Source: Deltaproteobacteria bacterium (GTDB lineage Bacteria > Desulfobacterota > Binatia > HRBIN30 > JACQVA1). Taken from it: a stretch of 64,000 nucleotides of DNA. Positions 18,993 through 28,193 of this stretch are shown piece by piece. The stretch lies in contig JACOST010000028.1 of assembly GCA_016178705.1 (NCBI GenBank), positions 516,951 through 580,950 of the forward strand. The letters run 5' to 3'. Every line of letters starts with the position of its first letter. The stretch's first letter is position 1. A program made the translations under genes and the position numbers. The notes beneath the pieces were generated by a model, which had not been told where the DNA came from, did no database searches, and saw only the letters and a list, made by a program, of their open reading frames with translations.

Positions 18993-19925
18993 ATGGCCCT
19001 GCTGAGCATTCTGGCGGCGAAGGCGCAGCGCGGCGAGCAGATCTTCACCGCAGAGATCAGTCCGCCGCGCTTGTACCTCGAAATCGATCGCATCGTCGGC
19101 ATTGCGCGGCGCTTGCGTGCGCTCGGGCTCGACGCCATCGCTGTTACCAATTCGACCGGCGGCGGCTACAAGTTCAGTCCGTGGGCGATCGTCGAAGACA
19201 TTCAGCGGGCGATGGGGCACGTGCCGCTGATCATTCATCTGACGGCGCGCGACGAAGGCTCGGCGCGCAGCGTCTACTACCACTTGCACGAGATGTCGCT
19301 GAAGGGCGTGCGCGACGTGCTGATCATCCGCGGCGACCCGTCGCCCGGTAACTCGAAAGTGCTCGACTCGTACCGCTTCAACACCACCGATCTGGTCCAG
19401 ATGGTGGCCGGCTATCGCGCCGGCACGTTGATCGACGGTTCGCAGAGCGAACCTTTGCCGACGCTCGACGTCTTCGTCGCCGCGCATCCCGAGTTCCCCG
19501 AGCGCGCGCTCGATAAGCACTTCCGCTTCCTGCGTGGGAAGATCGATGCGGGCGCGAACGGGTTGATTGCCAACATCGTCACCGACGTTGACGGGTTTGT
19601 CCGCTATCGCGACCGCGCGGTCGCTGCGGGAATCACGTGCCCGATCGTGCCGTCGCTCTTGCCGCTGAACAGCGCGCGTCGCTGCGACTTCTTGAGCGCG
19701 CAACTGCACATCCCGGTTCCGCCTGCGGCGGTCGAGCAGCTCCGCAGTGCCGATCGCGATCGCGCGCATCAGTTTGGACTCGACGATCTTGTCACCAAGC
19801 TCCGTCGTCTGGTTGCCGAAGGGGCTCCCGGAGCGAACTTCAACATCGTCGTCCCCAGCGATGCCGAGGTGATCGTTGAAGCGCTCAACGCGTTTCGCGG
19901 TGGCGGTTACCGGCGATCACGCTGA
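18993..19925 (+). CDS. metF: 5,10-methylenetetrahydrofolate reductase
   Basis: 310 aa. MetF-like TIM barrel (…EISPPR…VTNSTGG…IHLTARD…LIIRGDP…). Confidence 0.85.
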   Translation: MALLSILAAKAQRGEQIFTAEISPPRLYLEIDRIVGIARRLRALGLDAIAVTNSTGGGYKFSPWAIVEDIQRAMGHVPLIIHLTARDEGSARSVYYHLHEMSLKGVRDVLIIRGDPSPGNSKVLDSYRFNTTDLVQMVAGYRAGTLIDGSQSEPLPTLDVFVAAHPEFPERALDKHFRFLRGKIDAGANGLIANIVTDVDGFVRYRDRAVAAGITCPIVPSLLPLNSARRCDFLSAQLHIPVPPAAVEQLRSADRDRAHQFGLDDLVTKLRRLVAEGAPGANFNIVVPSDAEVIVEALNAFRGGGYRRSR

Positions 19926-21899
19926 TTCATTGCCCGACGCATGTGCCCGATGGGCACGGCGTGGCAACCACACGGAGAAGGACGATCCCTTGCCGACTTC
20001 GCTGTCGACCGTGATGGTGCCGCTGAGCATCTCGACCAGGCGCCGCACGATGTAAAGGCCCAGGCCGGCGCCGCCGCTGCGTCGCGTCGGCGAGTGGTCG
20101 ACTTGCCGGAAGGGCTCGAAGATGAGCTCGAGTGCTTCGGACGGAATGCCGATGCCGGTGTCGCTGACGCGGAACTCGACGCCGCCGTCGCGTGTGTGTG
20201 CGCACACCGTGATCTGGCCCTCGTCGGTAAACTTGATGGCGTTGCCGATCAGGTTCTTCAGCACCATGCGCAGTTTGACCGGATCGGTCGACAGGGTGAT
20301 GGGCTCGCTGCTGACCTCCCACTGCACCGCAAGCTGCTTCTTGCGCGACACCGCTTGCATCTCGGCACCGACCTCATCGAGCAGCGTGTCGATCGCCACG
20401 ACTTCCTGGTTCAAGGGCACCTGCCGGCTCTCGAATCGGCTGAGATCGAGCGTTGCGTTGACGAGATCGAGCAACTCCAGAGCGTTCTTGTTGGCGCGAC
20501 GCAAGATGTCGGCTTGTTCATCTGAGACCGCGCCAAACGTGCCGTCGAGCAGCAACTCATTGTAGCCCATGATCACGGTCAGAGGATTGCGCAACTCGTG
20601 CGACATGGTGGCGACGAAGTCCGAGCGGAAACTGTCGGCGCGCTCCAGCTCTTCCACCAGCCGCGCGTTTTCCAGCGCGAACGAGCCGAGCTGCGCGATG
20701 CCGCGTGCGATGCGCAGCTGCTGCGGTGTGAACGACTCGTCGCGACTGAGGTACGAGGCGCTCAGCACGCCGATGAGTTCGCCAGCGCGTCGCAGCGCGA
20801 CAAACATGATGGCGTTCGTCCCTCCGGGACGGAACATCGCCAGCGCGCGCCGGCCGCGAGCGTCGGCGCGCCGAACCTGCACGAGTTCTTCGCGCTCGAG
20901 CTGCTCGTGCAGCGGCCGAATGAGGGCCAGTGGAAACTTCATCACCCGCATCGCTTCCCATTGCTCGGGCGTATGCCCGTGGCCGGACATGGGAACGTAG
21001 GCCTCTTCGCCGGGCTGCCACAGGTAGATGTGACTCGCATCGCAGGGCAGCACCTCGGTGGTGAGTCGACACAGCCGCTCCAGTACCACTGGGGTGGCCA
21101 GCGATGTAATCATTTCGCTGCCGACCCGAGCCAGTGCGGCGGTGACGTCGACATCTTCGCGCAGTTGTTCGCGCTGGACCTGTAGCGCGGCTTCGATTCG
21201 CTTCTGTTCGGTGAGATCACGCGCGATGCCTTGGACGCCGACGGGCACGCCAGCGCGAAAGATCACGCGGCTGTTGACTTCGAGCGGCACGCGCCGCCCG
21301 TCTTTGGCGACAATCTCCAACTCGTAGGTCGCCGTCGTCGTCTCGGCCCCAGCGCGCAGCACCCAGGGCAGAACCGCGTCGAGATACTCGGGCGGCACGA
21401 TCTGCGCGATGTTCATCTGCAGCGCTTCCTCGCGACTGTAGCCGCTGATGCGCTCCGCAGCATTGTTGACGGCGGTGAAGTTCCCGGCGAAATCGTGGGT
21501 GTAGTTGAGGTCCTTCGCGTTATCGAACAGCTCGCGATAGCGCTCTTCGCTTTCGCGCAAGGCTTCTTCGGTGCGTTTGGCTTCGGTGATGTCGCGCGCG
21601 ACGGCGTACGAGGTGCCGTCGACCATGCGCGACCCGCTCCACGACAGCCACCGATAGGAGCCGTCCTTGTGGCGATAGCGATTGACGAAGTGGACGGGTT
21701 GAGTGTCTGCTTGGCGAAGGGCGCGGGTAGCCGCTACGTCGTCGGGGTGGACGAACTCGATCCACGGCCGCGCCCGCAGTTCATCCAGGGTCCAGCCCAG
21801 GCATCGAGTCCACGCAGGGCTCAGCTCGTGGAAGCGGTCGTCAGGCTCGGTGGTGGCGAGCAGTTCCGGCGAGAGCGCAAAGAAGCGGTCGCGATCCAT
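19917..21899 (-). CDS. PAS/GAF-domain sensor histidine kinase
   Basis: Two PAS-like segments and a GAF-like region. HisKA H-box (FVATMSHELRNPL). HATPase_c N/G boxes (NLIGNAIKF, DTGIGI, GGAGLGL). 3' end overlaps metF by 9 nt (convergent). Confidence 0.85.
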   Translation of the reverse strand: MDRDRFFALSPELLATTEPDDRFHELSPAWTRCLGWTLDELRARPWIEFVHPDDVAATRALRQADTQPVHFVNRYRHKDGSYRWLSWSGSRMVDGTSYAVARDITEAKRTEEALRESEERYRELFDNAKDLNYTHDFAGNFTAVNNAAERISGYSREEALQMNIAQIVPPEYLDAVLPWVLRAGAETTTATYELEIVAKDGRRVPLEVNSRVIFRAGVPVGVQGIARDLTEQKRIEAALQVQREQLREDVDVTAALARVGSEMITSLATPVVLERLCRLTTEVLPCDASHIYLWQPGEEAYVPMSGHGHTPEQWEAMRVMKFPLALIRPLHEQLEREELVQVRRADARGRRALAMFRPGGTNAIMFVALRRAGELIGVLSASYLSRDESFTPQQLRIARGIAQLGSFALENARLVEELERADSFRSDFVATMSHELRNPLTVIMGYNELLLDGTFGAVSDEQADILRRANKNALELLDLVNATLDLSRFESRQVPLNQEVVAIDTLLDEVGAEMQAVSRKKQLAVQWEVSSEPITLSTDPVKLRMVLKNLIGNAIKFTDEGQITVCAHTRDGGVEFRVSDTGIGIPSEALELIFEPFRQVDHSPTRRSGGAGLGLYIVRRLVEMLSGTITVDSEVGKGSSFSVWLPRRAHRAHASGNESA

Positions 21900-21966
21900 G
21901 CGGCGTGCCTACGGACTTCTTGTAACACACGCGTGCCGCCTTCGAGAGGGGCCGCGTCGAAAGGGC

Positions 21967-22359
21967 CTAGGCTCCCCGCATCAGGTGGAGGAGGGCGCCA
22001 ATGAGGCCACCCAGCAACAACAGCGCGTTGGCGATGGCGGTCAGCAGGGCGCCGGTGGAACGCTGCTTGGGATCAGCGACGTAGCCACGGGCATAGATGG
22101 CACGCGCGGCGATGAACACCAGCCCGAGCGCCGCACCGATTCCGGCGCTCACATACGTTGCGAACATCCACAACGCCGGGACAAATATCACGAGCTGTTC
22201 GAGCGTGTTCTGGTGCACACGGAAGTGGCGTTCGAAGATCGGGTGGCCGATGGTGGCCGGCGCCTCGACGCCATAGCGTCCACGCGCTTGTCCAACCTGC
22301 ACGCCGAGGACGAAGTACTCGATCAATGCCAACGCAGCTACGATCGCGACTGCTTCCAT
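21967..22359 (-). CDS. MAPEG family membrane protein (microsomal GST-like)
   Basis: 130 aa, 3-4 TM helices. MAPEG-like core (HQNTLEQLVIF, ARAIYARGY). Confidence 0.7.
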   Translation of the reverse strand: MEAVAIVAALALIEYFVLGVQVGQARGRYGVEAPATIGHPIFERHFRVHQNTLEQLVIFVPALWMFATYVSAGIGAALGLVFIAARAIYARGYVADPKQRSTGALLTAIANALLLLGGLIGALLHLMRGA

Positions 22360-22415
22360 ATCAACCCCCTCCGGTTCTGGGCGCCTTTACTCGGCGCGCG
22401 TCGTCACGTGTCACT

Positions 22416-24416
22416 TCACCGCAGCAGGCGCGCCAGTGCCATTTGGTGCTGGCCCTCCCAGCGTTCTAGGCGGGCGCGGTAGCGGGCGCGCAGAGCGGGT
22501 GCGCCGGCGGCGATGTCGTTCTGTTCGCTCGGATCGCCGTGTCGATCGTACAGTTGCTCGGCATCGACGTGCGGCGTGTAGACGTAGCTGTAGTGGGCGT
22601 CGCGCAAGCCAAACCGCGCCACGCCGTTCTCGGTAAAATTCATCACCGTACGATTCGGATCCTCGCGCAGCAGCGACATGCCGTCCCCGGGTTCGGCGTC
22701 GGTCATCCCGAGAATGTCGAGGATTGTCGGTTTGAGATCGACCTGCGAACCCAACTGCGCGATCCGTGGCGGCAACCCGAGTCGGCGGGGGTGCAGAATG
22801 AAGCACGGGATGTGGACGTTCTCTTCGTAAATCGCTCCGGCATGGCCGAAGGTGTTGGGATGTTCGCCGAAGGCCTCGCCGTGATCGCCGAGGACGAGCA
22901 GGAGCGTGTTCTCGGCCACCCCCGTCTCCTTCATCCACTCATACAACTCGGCCAGCAGGCGCAGGTTGTAGTCCACCAAGCGATCGTACGCCTGGTGATC
23001 ATCGCCCGCGGCTGACTCGCCAGGAATCATGTCGATCGAGTAGGGGTGGTGCGGGTTGCTGGTGGCGGCGATGATGAAGAACGGTCGCTGATCGCGCGCG
23101 CTGAGCGTTCGCTTGAGTTGATCGAGCAGCAAGCGATCGTCGTAGCCCCACGGCAGCAACGCGTAGTGCTCCTTGTCCGGCCAGTCGTTGGAGTCGAGCA
23201 CCTCGTCGAAGCCGCGCGCGGCAAAGCTGCGCACGTCGTCGTAGTTGAGGTCGGCGGTGACGAACAAGTGCGTCGCGTAGCCGGCGCGACCGAAGATCTG
23301 CGCCATCGAGTCGGCCACCACCGCTTTGCCCGCACTGGTCCAGAAGGCCCCGATGTAGGGATAGACGCCGTAGAGGATGGAGAACATCGCGTGCGCGGAG
23401 GTGGGCACCGGCGCGTACACGTTGTCGAACACGACCGCCTCATCGCGGAAGCGCAGCAAGCCGCGGCCTGCGGGTGCGGCGAGGTTGTAGAGTGCAACGC
23501 TCGACGAGCGCGTCGATTCGAGCAGGAAGATGAGCACGTTGGTCGGCCGCTCGGTGGCGTGATAGCGCTGGTGGGCGGCGGTGACTTCGGGTGCGACGGC
23601 GAGATCGGAGCCCAGATTGCTGGCTTGCCAAACGTGTTCCTGCTGATTGCCGGCTACTAACCATAACAGCGGGTGCGGTGTCAGCATCGCATCATTTATG
23701 ATCGGCTTCGGTGCCGCAATGGCGAACGACGCGGTGACCAAGAGCCCGACCAACGTCGCGATGCCAAGTGGTCTGGCCCACGACCAGTCGAGCCGCCACA
23801 CGAACGGACCCAAGCCGTATCCTATCGCGGCCAGTTGCAGCCCGGTTGTGACCTCGGGGACTTCGAGCACATTCGCCGCCGTCACGATGTGGCGAGTCCA
23901 ACCGATCATCCGCACTTCGTCCGGCCCGAGTGGCGTCATGAAGAGCGCGAAGTGTGCGAGACCGAAGATTTCGACGATGGACAATCCCGGCAAGATGATC
24001 AGCCCGAGCGTCCAGGCGACGGTGCGCGATGCGACGCCGGGACGCGGCACGGTGCGGCGCCACAGCAGCACCATGATCACCAGTGCCGCAAACACCGAGA
24101 TCTCCTGCCCACAGAAAAGCAGCAGGTGCGAACAGTTGGCGAACAGGTGGCCACCGGCGAACCAGGCCGATCCGTACTCCGCCGTCAGTCGCATCTCACT
24201 GAACTTCACGTACAGACTGACCAGGAAGAATGTGACGAGCTGACCGAGGAGCCAAGTGAACGGGCGCGCCAACACCGCGCGATAGCGCTGCCAGCAACCG
24301 GCGACCCAAGCGGTCGCCGAGGATACGGCGGTGATCATGAAAGTGTGGGAGGGTACTGCGAACCGACCGAATTGGTCAAGCGCGACCACTCGGCCGCAAC
24401 GCGGACATCTCGCCAA
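22416..24416 (-). CDS. sulfatase-like hydrolase/transferase (LTA-synthase/alkaline-phosphatase superfamily) with N-terminal polytopic membrane domain
   Basis: C-terminal AP-superfamily metal/nucleophile regions (VLIFLLESTRS, LVLGDHGEAFGEH). N-terminal ~250 aa hydrophobic. Start uncertain (24416 or internal ATG). Confidence 0.75.
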   Translation of the reverse strand: MARCPRCGRVVALDQFGRFAVPSHTFMITAVSSATAWVAGCWQRYRAVLARPFTWLLGQLVTFFLVSLYVKFSEMRLTAEYGSAWFAGGHLFANCSHLLLFCGQEISVFAALVIMVLLWRRTVPRPGVASRTVAWTLGLIILPGLSIVEIFGLAHFALFMTPLGPDEVRMIGWTRHIVTAANVLEVPEVTTGLQLAAIGYGLGPFVWRLDWSWARPLGIATLVGLLVTASFAIAAPKPIINDAMLTPHPLLWLVAGNQQEHVWQASNLGSDLAVAPEVTAAHQRYHATERPTNVLIFLLESTRSSSVALYNLAAPAGRGLLRFRDEAVVFDNVYAPVPTSAHAMFSILYGVYPYIGAFWTSAGKAVVADSMAQIFGRAGYATHLFVTADLNYDDVRSFAARGFDEVLDSNDWPDKEHYALLPWGYDDRLLLDQLKRTLSARDQRPFFIIAATSNPHHPYSIDMIPGESAAGDDHQAYDRLVDYNLRLLAELYEWMKETGVAENTLLLVLGDHGEAFGEHPNTFGHAGAIYEENVHIPCFILHPRRLGLPPRIAQLGSQVDLKPTILDILGMTDAEPGDGMSLLREDPNRTVMNFTENGVARFGLRDAHYSYVYTPHVDAEQLYDRHGDPSEQNDIAAGAPALRARYRARLERWEGQHQMALARLLR

Positions 24417-24440
24417 CGTGCCCGCGCACTCGCCGTATCT

Positions 24441-24740
24441 TCAATGCCGTACGCCGCGGACGTCGAAGTAGACCACCCGTTCGCGTTCACAGAGGTGACA
24501 TTCGAGGTGGACGACGCGCAGTTGGCCGCGGGAGCCTTCGCCGCGTATGGAGAAGCGGCCACCGCATTGACACTGTTCGCGCAGCAGGGCGGCGTCAATC
24601 TCGCCGTAGTCGGCGACCGCGATGGGGTTGTCCTCGTTGCGGCCCGGACGCCTCCCCTCGCGGCGCCATATGCGCGCCTTGCGCCAGCCCACAACCAGTA
24701 CGGCCAGCAACACCGCCAAGCCGAGCGCGCTACCGATCAC
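24441..24740 (-). CDS. small membrane-anchored protein with C-terminal Cys-pairs (zinc-ribbon-like), hypothetical
   Basis: 99 aa. N-terminal TM helix MIGSALGLAVLLAVLVVGW. C-terminal CQCGG...CHLCE. Fits the 24-nt and 48-nt gaps to flanking co-directional genes. Confidence 0.35.
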   Translation of the reverse strand: MIGSALGLAVLLAVLVVGWRKARIWRREGRRPGRNEDNPIAVADYGEIDAALLREQCQCGGRFSIRGEGSRGQLRVVHLECHLCERERVVYFDVRGVRH

Positions 24741-24788
24741 GTGCGCGCTCCTCCCGCGTGTTGAACTCGCGGCGCGGCGTGCACCGGA

Positions 24789-26039
24789 CTAGGGCAGGTC
24801 TTTGAGGCCCGCGCGAGGTGCGCCCACCAGTGCCACCATCTTCCCCTCGGGCGCCTTGTTTTCATGCATGAGCTGATGGGACAGGGGGATTTCATCGAAT
24901 TTGAACGTACGCGCCAAGCAGGGATCGATCTTGCCGTCGAGCACGAGCTGATTGAACGCGTAGGCCTGATCGTCATTGGCGAAGTGGGATCCTTGGAAGC
25001 GTTTCTGCCGCATCCAAAGATAGCGCAGATCAGCGACCGCGTTGTAACCGGTAGTGCCGGCGCAGATGACCACCATACCGCCGCTGTCGCAGACGAAGAT
25101 CGACGTCGGAACAGTGTCCTCACCCGGATGCTCGAAGACGATGCGCGGGCTGCGGCGTTCGCCCAGGACGTCCCAGATCGCCTTGCCGAACGCGCGGCAC
25201 CCCGCCGCCCACTTGGTGTACGCGTCGGTGTCCTTCCAGTGCGGCATCATGCCCCAGTGGCTGAACTGCTTGCGGTTGATGCAGCCCTTGGCGCCGAGCT
25301 TCATGCAGAAATCGAACTTGCGATCGTCACCGACGACGGCGACCGGAACGCCGCCTTGCGCCTTGACGATTTGAATCGCCATGCAGCCGAGGCCGCCGGA
25401 CGCGCCCCACACCAGTACGACGTCGTTCGGTCGTACCGTGTGCGGCGGCCACGCCATCAGCATGCGATAGGCGGTGGCGCCGACCAGCGAGGGCGCGGCG
25501 GCTTCTTCCCACGTGAGGTGCTTGGCCTTCGGCATGCACTGATGCGCCTGCACTTTGGTGAACTGCGCGAAGCTGCCCCAGTTGGTCTCGTAGCCCCAGA
25601 TTTTGAACGACGGATCGAACATCGGATCGTCGCCCGCCTTCACCGCCGCGCAGTCGCGCTCCCACACGCCGCAATGGATGACGACCTGATCGCCGACCTT
25701 CACGCGGGTCACGTCGCGTCCGACCGCGTAGACGATGCCCGAGGCGTCGCTGCCGCCGATGTGAAAATCGCTCGGATCGTAATTCGACTTCTGCCGCGCG
25801 GCGATGACGTTGACGGGTGAGCCGAGCGCGGCCCACACGTTGTTGAAGTTCACGCCCGCCGCCATCGTGTACACGAGCGCTTCGTCGGGCTTGAGATCGG
25901 GCACGGCGACCTTCTCCACCTGGAACGCTTTGGTCGGTTCGCCAAAACGATCGGCCCGGATGAGCTGGCCGTACATGTACTTGGGAACCTGACCTAGCGG
26001 TGGGACTTCGCCGATCTCGTAGAGGTCCTTCGCGCTCAT
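24789..26039 (-). CDS. ccr: crotonyl-CoA carboxylase/reductase-type MDR enoyl reductase
   Basis: About 416 aa from ATG ([17 protein letters not shown]...). Long MDR with the characteristic Ccr N-terminus and NADPH-binding region ([11 protein letters not shown]). Confidence 0.75.
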   Translation of the reverse strand: MSAKDLYEIGEVPPLGQVPKYMYGQLIRADRFGEPTKAFQVEKVAVPDLKPDEALVYTMAAGVNFNNVWAALGSPVNVIAARQKSNYDPSDFHIGGSDASGIVYAVGRDVTRVKVGDQVVIHCGVWERDCAAVKAGDDPMFDPSFKIWGYETNWGSFAQFTKVQAHQCMPKAKHLTWEEAAAPSLVGATAYRMLMAWPPHTVRPNDVVLVWGASGGLGCMAIQIVKAQGGVPVAVVGDDRKFDFCMKLGAKGCINRKQFSHWGMMPHWKDTDAYTKWAAGCRAFGKAIWDVLGERRSPRIVFEHPGEDTVPTSIFVCDSGGMVVICAGTTGYNAVADLRYLWMRQKRFQGSHFANDDQAYAFNQLVLDGKIDPCLARTFKFDEIPLSHQLMHENKAPEGKMVALVGAPRAGLKDLP

Positions 26040-26238
26040 GTTGAGAGTCCTTTCATCTTTGCGGGCCCGACCGCGCACGATCTACCGTGGCGCGTAGGTG
26101 AAGGCAACCGACCAGAAGTGAAGCGCGTTTGGTTGACTCGTGCAAGGTGCTTTGGTTGTGTCGGAGCATGCCGATCGCCGAGTGCGTGCGCAGCGGAGCG
26201 CGGGTGCATTGTCGTTGCGCGACTCGGACGGCGGCATC

Positions 26239-27264
26239 ATGAGAGCGGCGTTCTGTGTTGCCCCGGGGCAGTTCGAGCTGCGTGACGTTCCCGAACCGGC
26301 GCCCGCTCCGGGCGAGGTCTTGATCAAGATCCACAACTGCGGCATCTGCGGCAGCGATCTACACTGGTATCACGGCGGCGGCATTCCGATTCCGTCGGTA
26401 TGCCCCGGCCACGAAATCAGCGGCGAGGTGGCGGCGCTGGGTAACGGGGTGCGGGGCGTGCGCGCTGGCGACCGCGTCGCGATTGAACCGCTGCTGGTGT
26501 GTCACGAGTGTCGCTACTGTCGCAGCGGCGAGTACCAACTCTGCCGTCGGATGCGCATTCGCGGCATTAGTGCGGACGGCGGCTTTGCCGACTACGTGAG
26601 CATGCCGGAGTCCGCCGTCTTTCCGCTGCCGCAGTCGGTGGACTGGGAACTGGGTGCGATGGCTGAGCCGATGGCCGTGTGCGTGCATGCGCTGCGGCTC
26701 GCAGCGTTGCCGGTGGGCGCGCGGGTGTTGGTGCTGGGTGCGGGCACCATTGGTTTGCTGGCGATCGTGGCTGCACGCGCGGCCGGTGCGGCCGAGGTGT
26801 TGATCAGTGCGCGCTATCCGCACCAACACGCGGCGGCCGAACGGCTCGGGGCGCGAGTGTTTGACGCGAGCAGTGAGGGCGCGGCGCGATTGATCGACTA
26901 CGGCTATCACAATCCCGTCGATGCCGTGATTGAAACCGTCGGCGGTGTAGCGGACACGCTCAACGATGCCGTGCAACTCGTTCGGGCGGGCGGCGTCGTG
27001 GTCGTGCTCGGCGTGTTTACCGGTCCGGTGACGTGCAACGGTTTGTTGCTGGTGTCGAAGGAGGTTCGCATCGTCGGTTCGCTGACCTATAGCCGCGCCG
27101 GCGTGCGCGCCGAATTCGAGATCGCGTTGCAGCTCCTCGCCGAGCAGCGCACGAGCTTGCGACCGCTGGTTACGCACACCTTCTCGCTCGATCGCGTCGG
27201 CGAGGGCTTTGCCGCGGCGAGCGACAAAACGTCTGGCGCGATCAAGGTGACGGTCACATCCTGA
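26239..27264 (+). CDS. zinc-dependent alcohol/polyol dehydrogenase (MDR family)
   Basis: Catalytic and structural zinc motifs (GICGSDLH, CHECRYCRSGEYQLC). Rossmann motif LVLGAGTIG. Start at internal ATG (MRAAFCVAPGQF). Confidence 0.8.
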   Translation: MRAAFCVAPGQFELRDVPEPAPAPGEVLIKIHNCGICGSDLHWYHGGGIPIPSVCPGHEISGEVAALGNGVRGVRAGDRVAIEPLLVCHECRYCRSGEYQLCRRMRIRGISADGGFADYVSMPESAVFPLPQSVDWELGAMAEPMAVCVHALRLAALPVGARVLVLGAGTIGLLAIVAARAAGAAEVLISARYPHQHAAAERLGARVFDASSEGAARLIDYGYHNPVDAVIETVGGVADTLNDAVQLVRAGGVVVVLGVFTGPVTCNGLLLVSKEVRIVGSLTYSRAGVRAEFEIALQLLAEQRTSLRPLVTHTFSLDRVGEGFAAASDKTSGAIKVTVTS

Positions 27265-27267
27265 TTG

Positions 27268-27319
27268 AGAGGGCGAAGCTTCGCTGATTCGCGTGGCTCG
27301 CCAGAAGGCTCGCCCTCCC
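27268..27319. repeat. REP-like palindromic element copy 1
   Basis: gagggcgaagcttcgctg...gccagaaggctcgccctccc, with arms GGGCGAAGCTTC / GAAGGCTCGCCC. Degenerate relative to copies 2-4. Confidence 0.6.
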
Positions 27320-27354
27320 TCGGATCGTGGGCAGTGCGGAGAGTGATGGGTTGC

Positions 27355-27422
27355 GGGAGGGCGAAGCTTCCGCTGAGCCGCAGGGCACGGGATGCGCGGC
27401 TCGCCGGAAGGCTCGCCCTCCC
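27355..27422. repeat. REP-like palindromic element copy 2
   Basis: gggagggcgaagcttccgctgagccgcagggcacgggatgcgcggctcgccggaaggctcgccctccc. Terminal arms are reverse complements. Confidence 0.7.
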
Positions 27423-27449
27423 GGCCGTCTTGTGCGAAGGGGGATTCCG

Positions 27450-27908
27450 ATGGCGTTGCCAGAACGCAAACGCCCGACGACCGGGGTTGTCGTTTCGTCG
27501 GACGGACCGACGATCGTCTTCGTCACTGTTTGCACCAAGGATCGTCGTCGTTGGCTTGCCACGCCGCAGGTCCACGCCCTGTTGCGAACGCTATGGGCGG
27601 ACTCGCGCGCTTGGCGTGTTGGTCGGTACGTTCTCATGCCCGATCACCTTCATCTCTTCTGCGCCCCCGGGGTTTCCGACATCTCGCTGGCGCGTTGGGT
27701 GAAATACTGGAAGGCGCAAGTGACTCACCACCATCGTGTCGCGGACCATCAGTGGCAAGCCGGCTGCTGGGACACGCGCTTGCGAACCGGCGAGAGCTAC
27801 GAGCGCAAGTGGGACTACGTGCGCAACAACCCGGTGCGACAACAGTTGGTCGGAGGCGCGAAGGATTGGCCGTATCAAGGCGAGTTGGCTGTTCTCCCCT
27901 GGTATTAG
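27450..27908 (+). mobile_element. REP-associated tyrosine transposase (RAYT; IS200/IS605-like Y1 HuH transposase)
   Basis: 152-aa ORF from ATG 27450 (MALPERKRPTT...). HuH motif HLHLF and a conserved downstream Tyr region (RKWDYVRNNPV). Flanked on both sides by paired REP palindromes. Confidence 0.75.
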
Positions 27909-27924
27909 ACTCGGATGAGGTCTT

Positions 27925-27991
27925 GGGAGGGCGAAGCTCCCCTGAGCCGCAGGGCGGGGGATGCACGGCTCGCCGGAAGGCTCGCCCTCCC
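27925..27991. repeat. REP-like palindromic element copy 3
   Basis: gggagggcgaagctcccctgagccgcagggcgggggatgcacggctcgccggaaggctcgccctccc. Confidence 0.7.
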
Positions 27992-28027
27992 GTCGGACTG
28001 GTTGAACGTACCGAGCGTGATGATTCC

Positions 28028-28089
28028 GGGAGGGCGAAGCTTCCGCTGAGCCGCGGCAGTGCGCGGTTCGCCGGAAGGCTCGCCCTCCC
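28028..28089. repeat. REP-like palindromic element copy 4
   Basis: gggagggcgaagcttccgctgagccgcggcagtgcgcggttcgccggaaggctcgccctccc. Confidence 0.7.
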
Positions 28090-28193
28090 TTTTCTTTGCG
28101 CGCGTACCTGAGTAAGACAGCCACATCATGCCGGACATGGATTGGGGCAAGTCGCTGTACGGAGAGTCGTCCGCACAAAAGAAGGAGCGAACA

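Noticed and set aside
27265-28092. Possibility that the tandem palindromes are a CRISPR array
   Set aside because: The repeats are 60-70-bp imperfect palindromes with variable internal loops and no regular repeat-spacer periodicity. The architecture is REP/BIME around a RAYT gene, not CRISPR.
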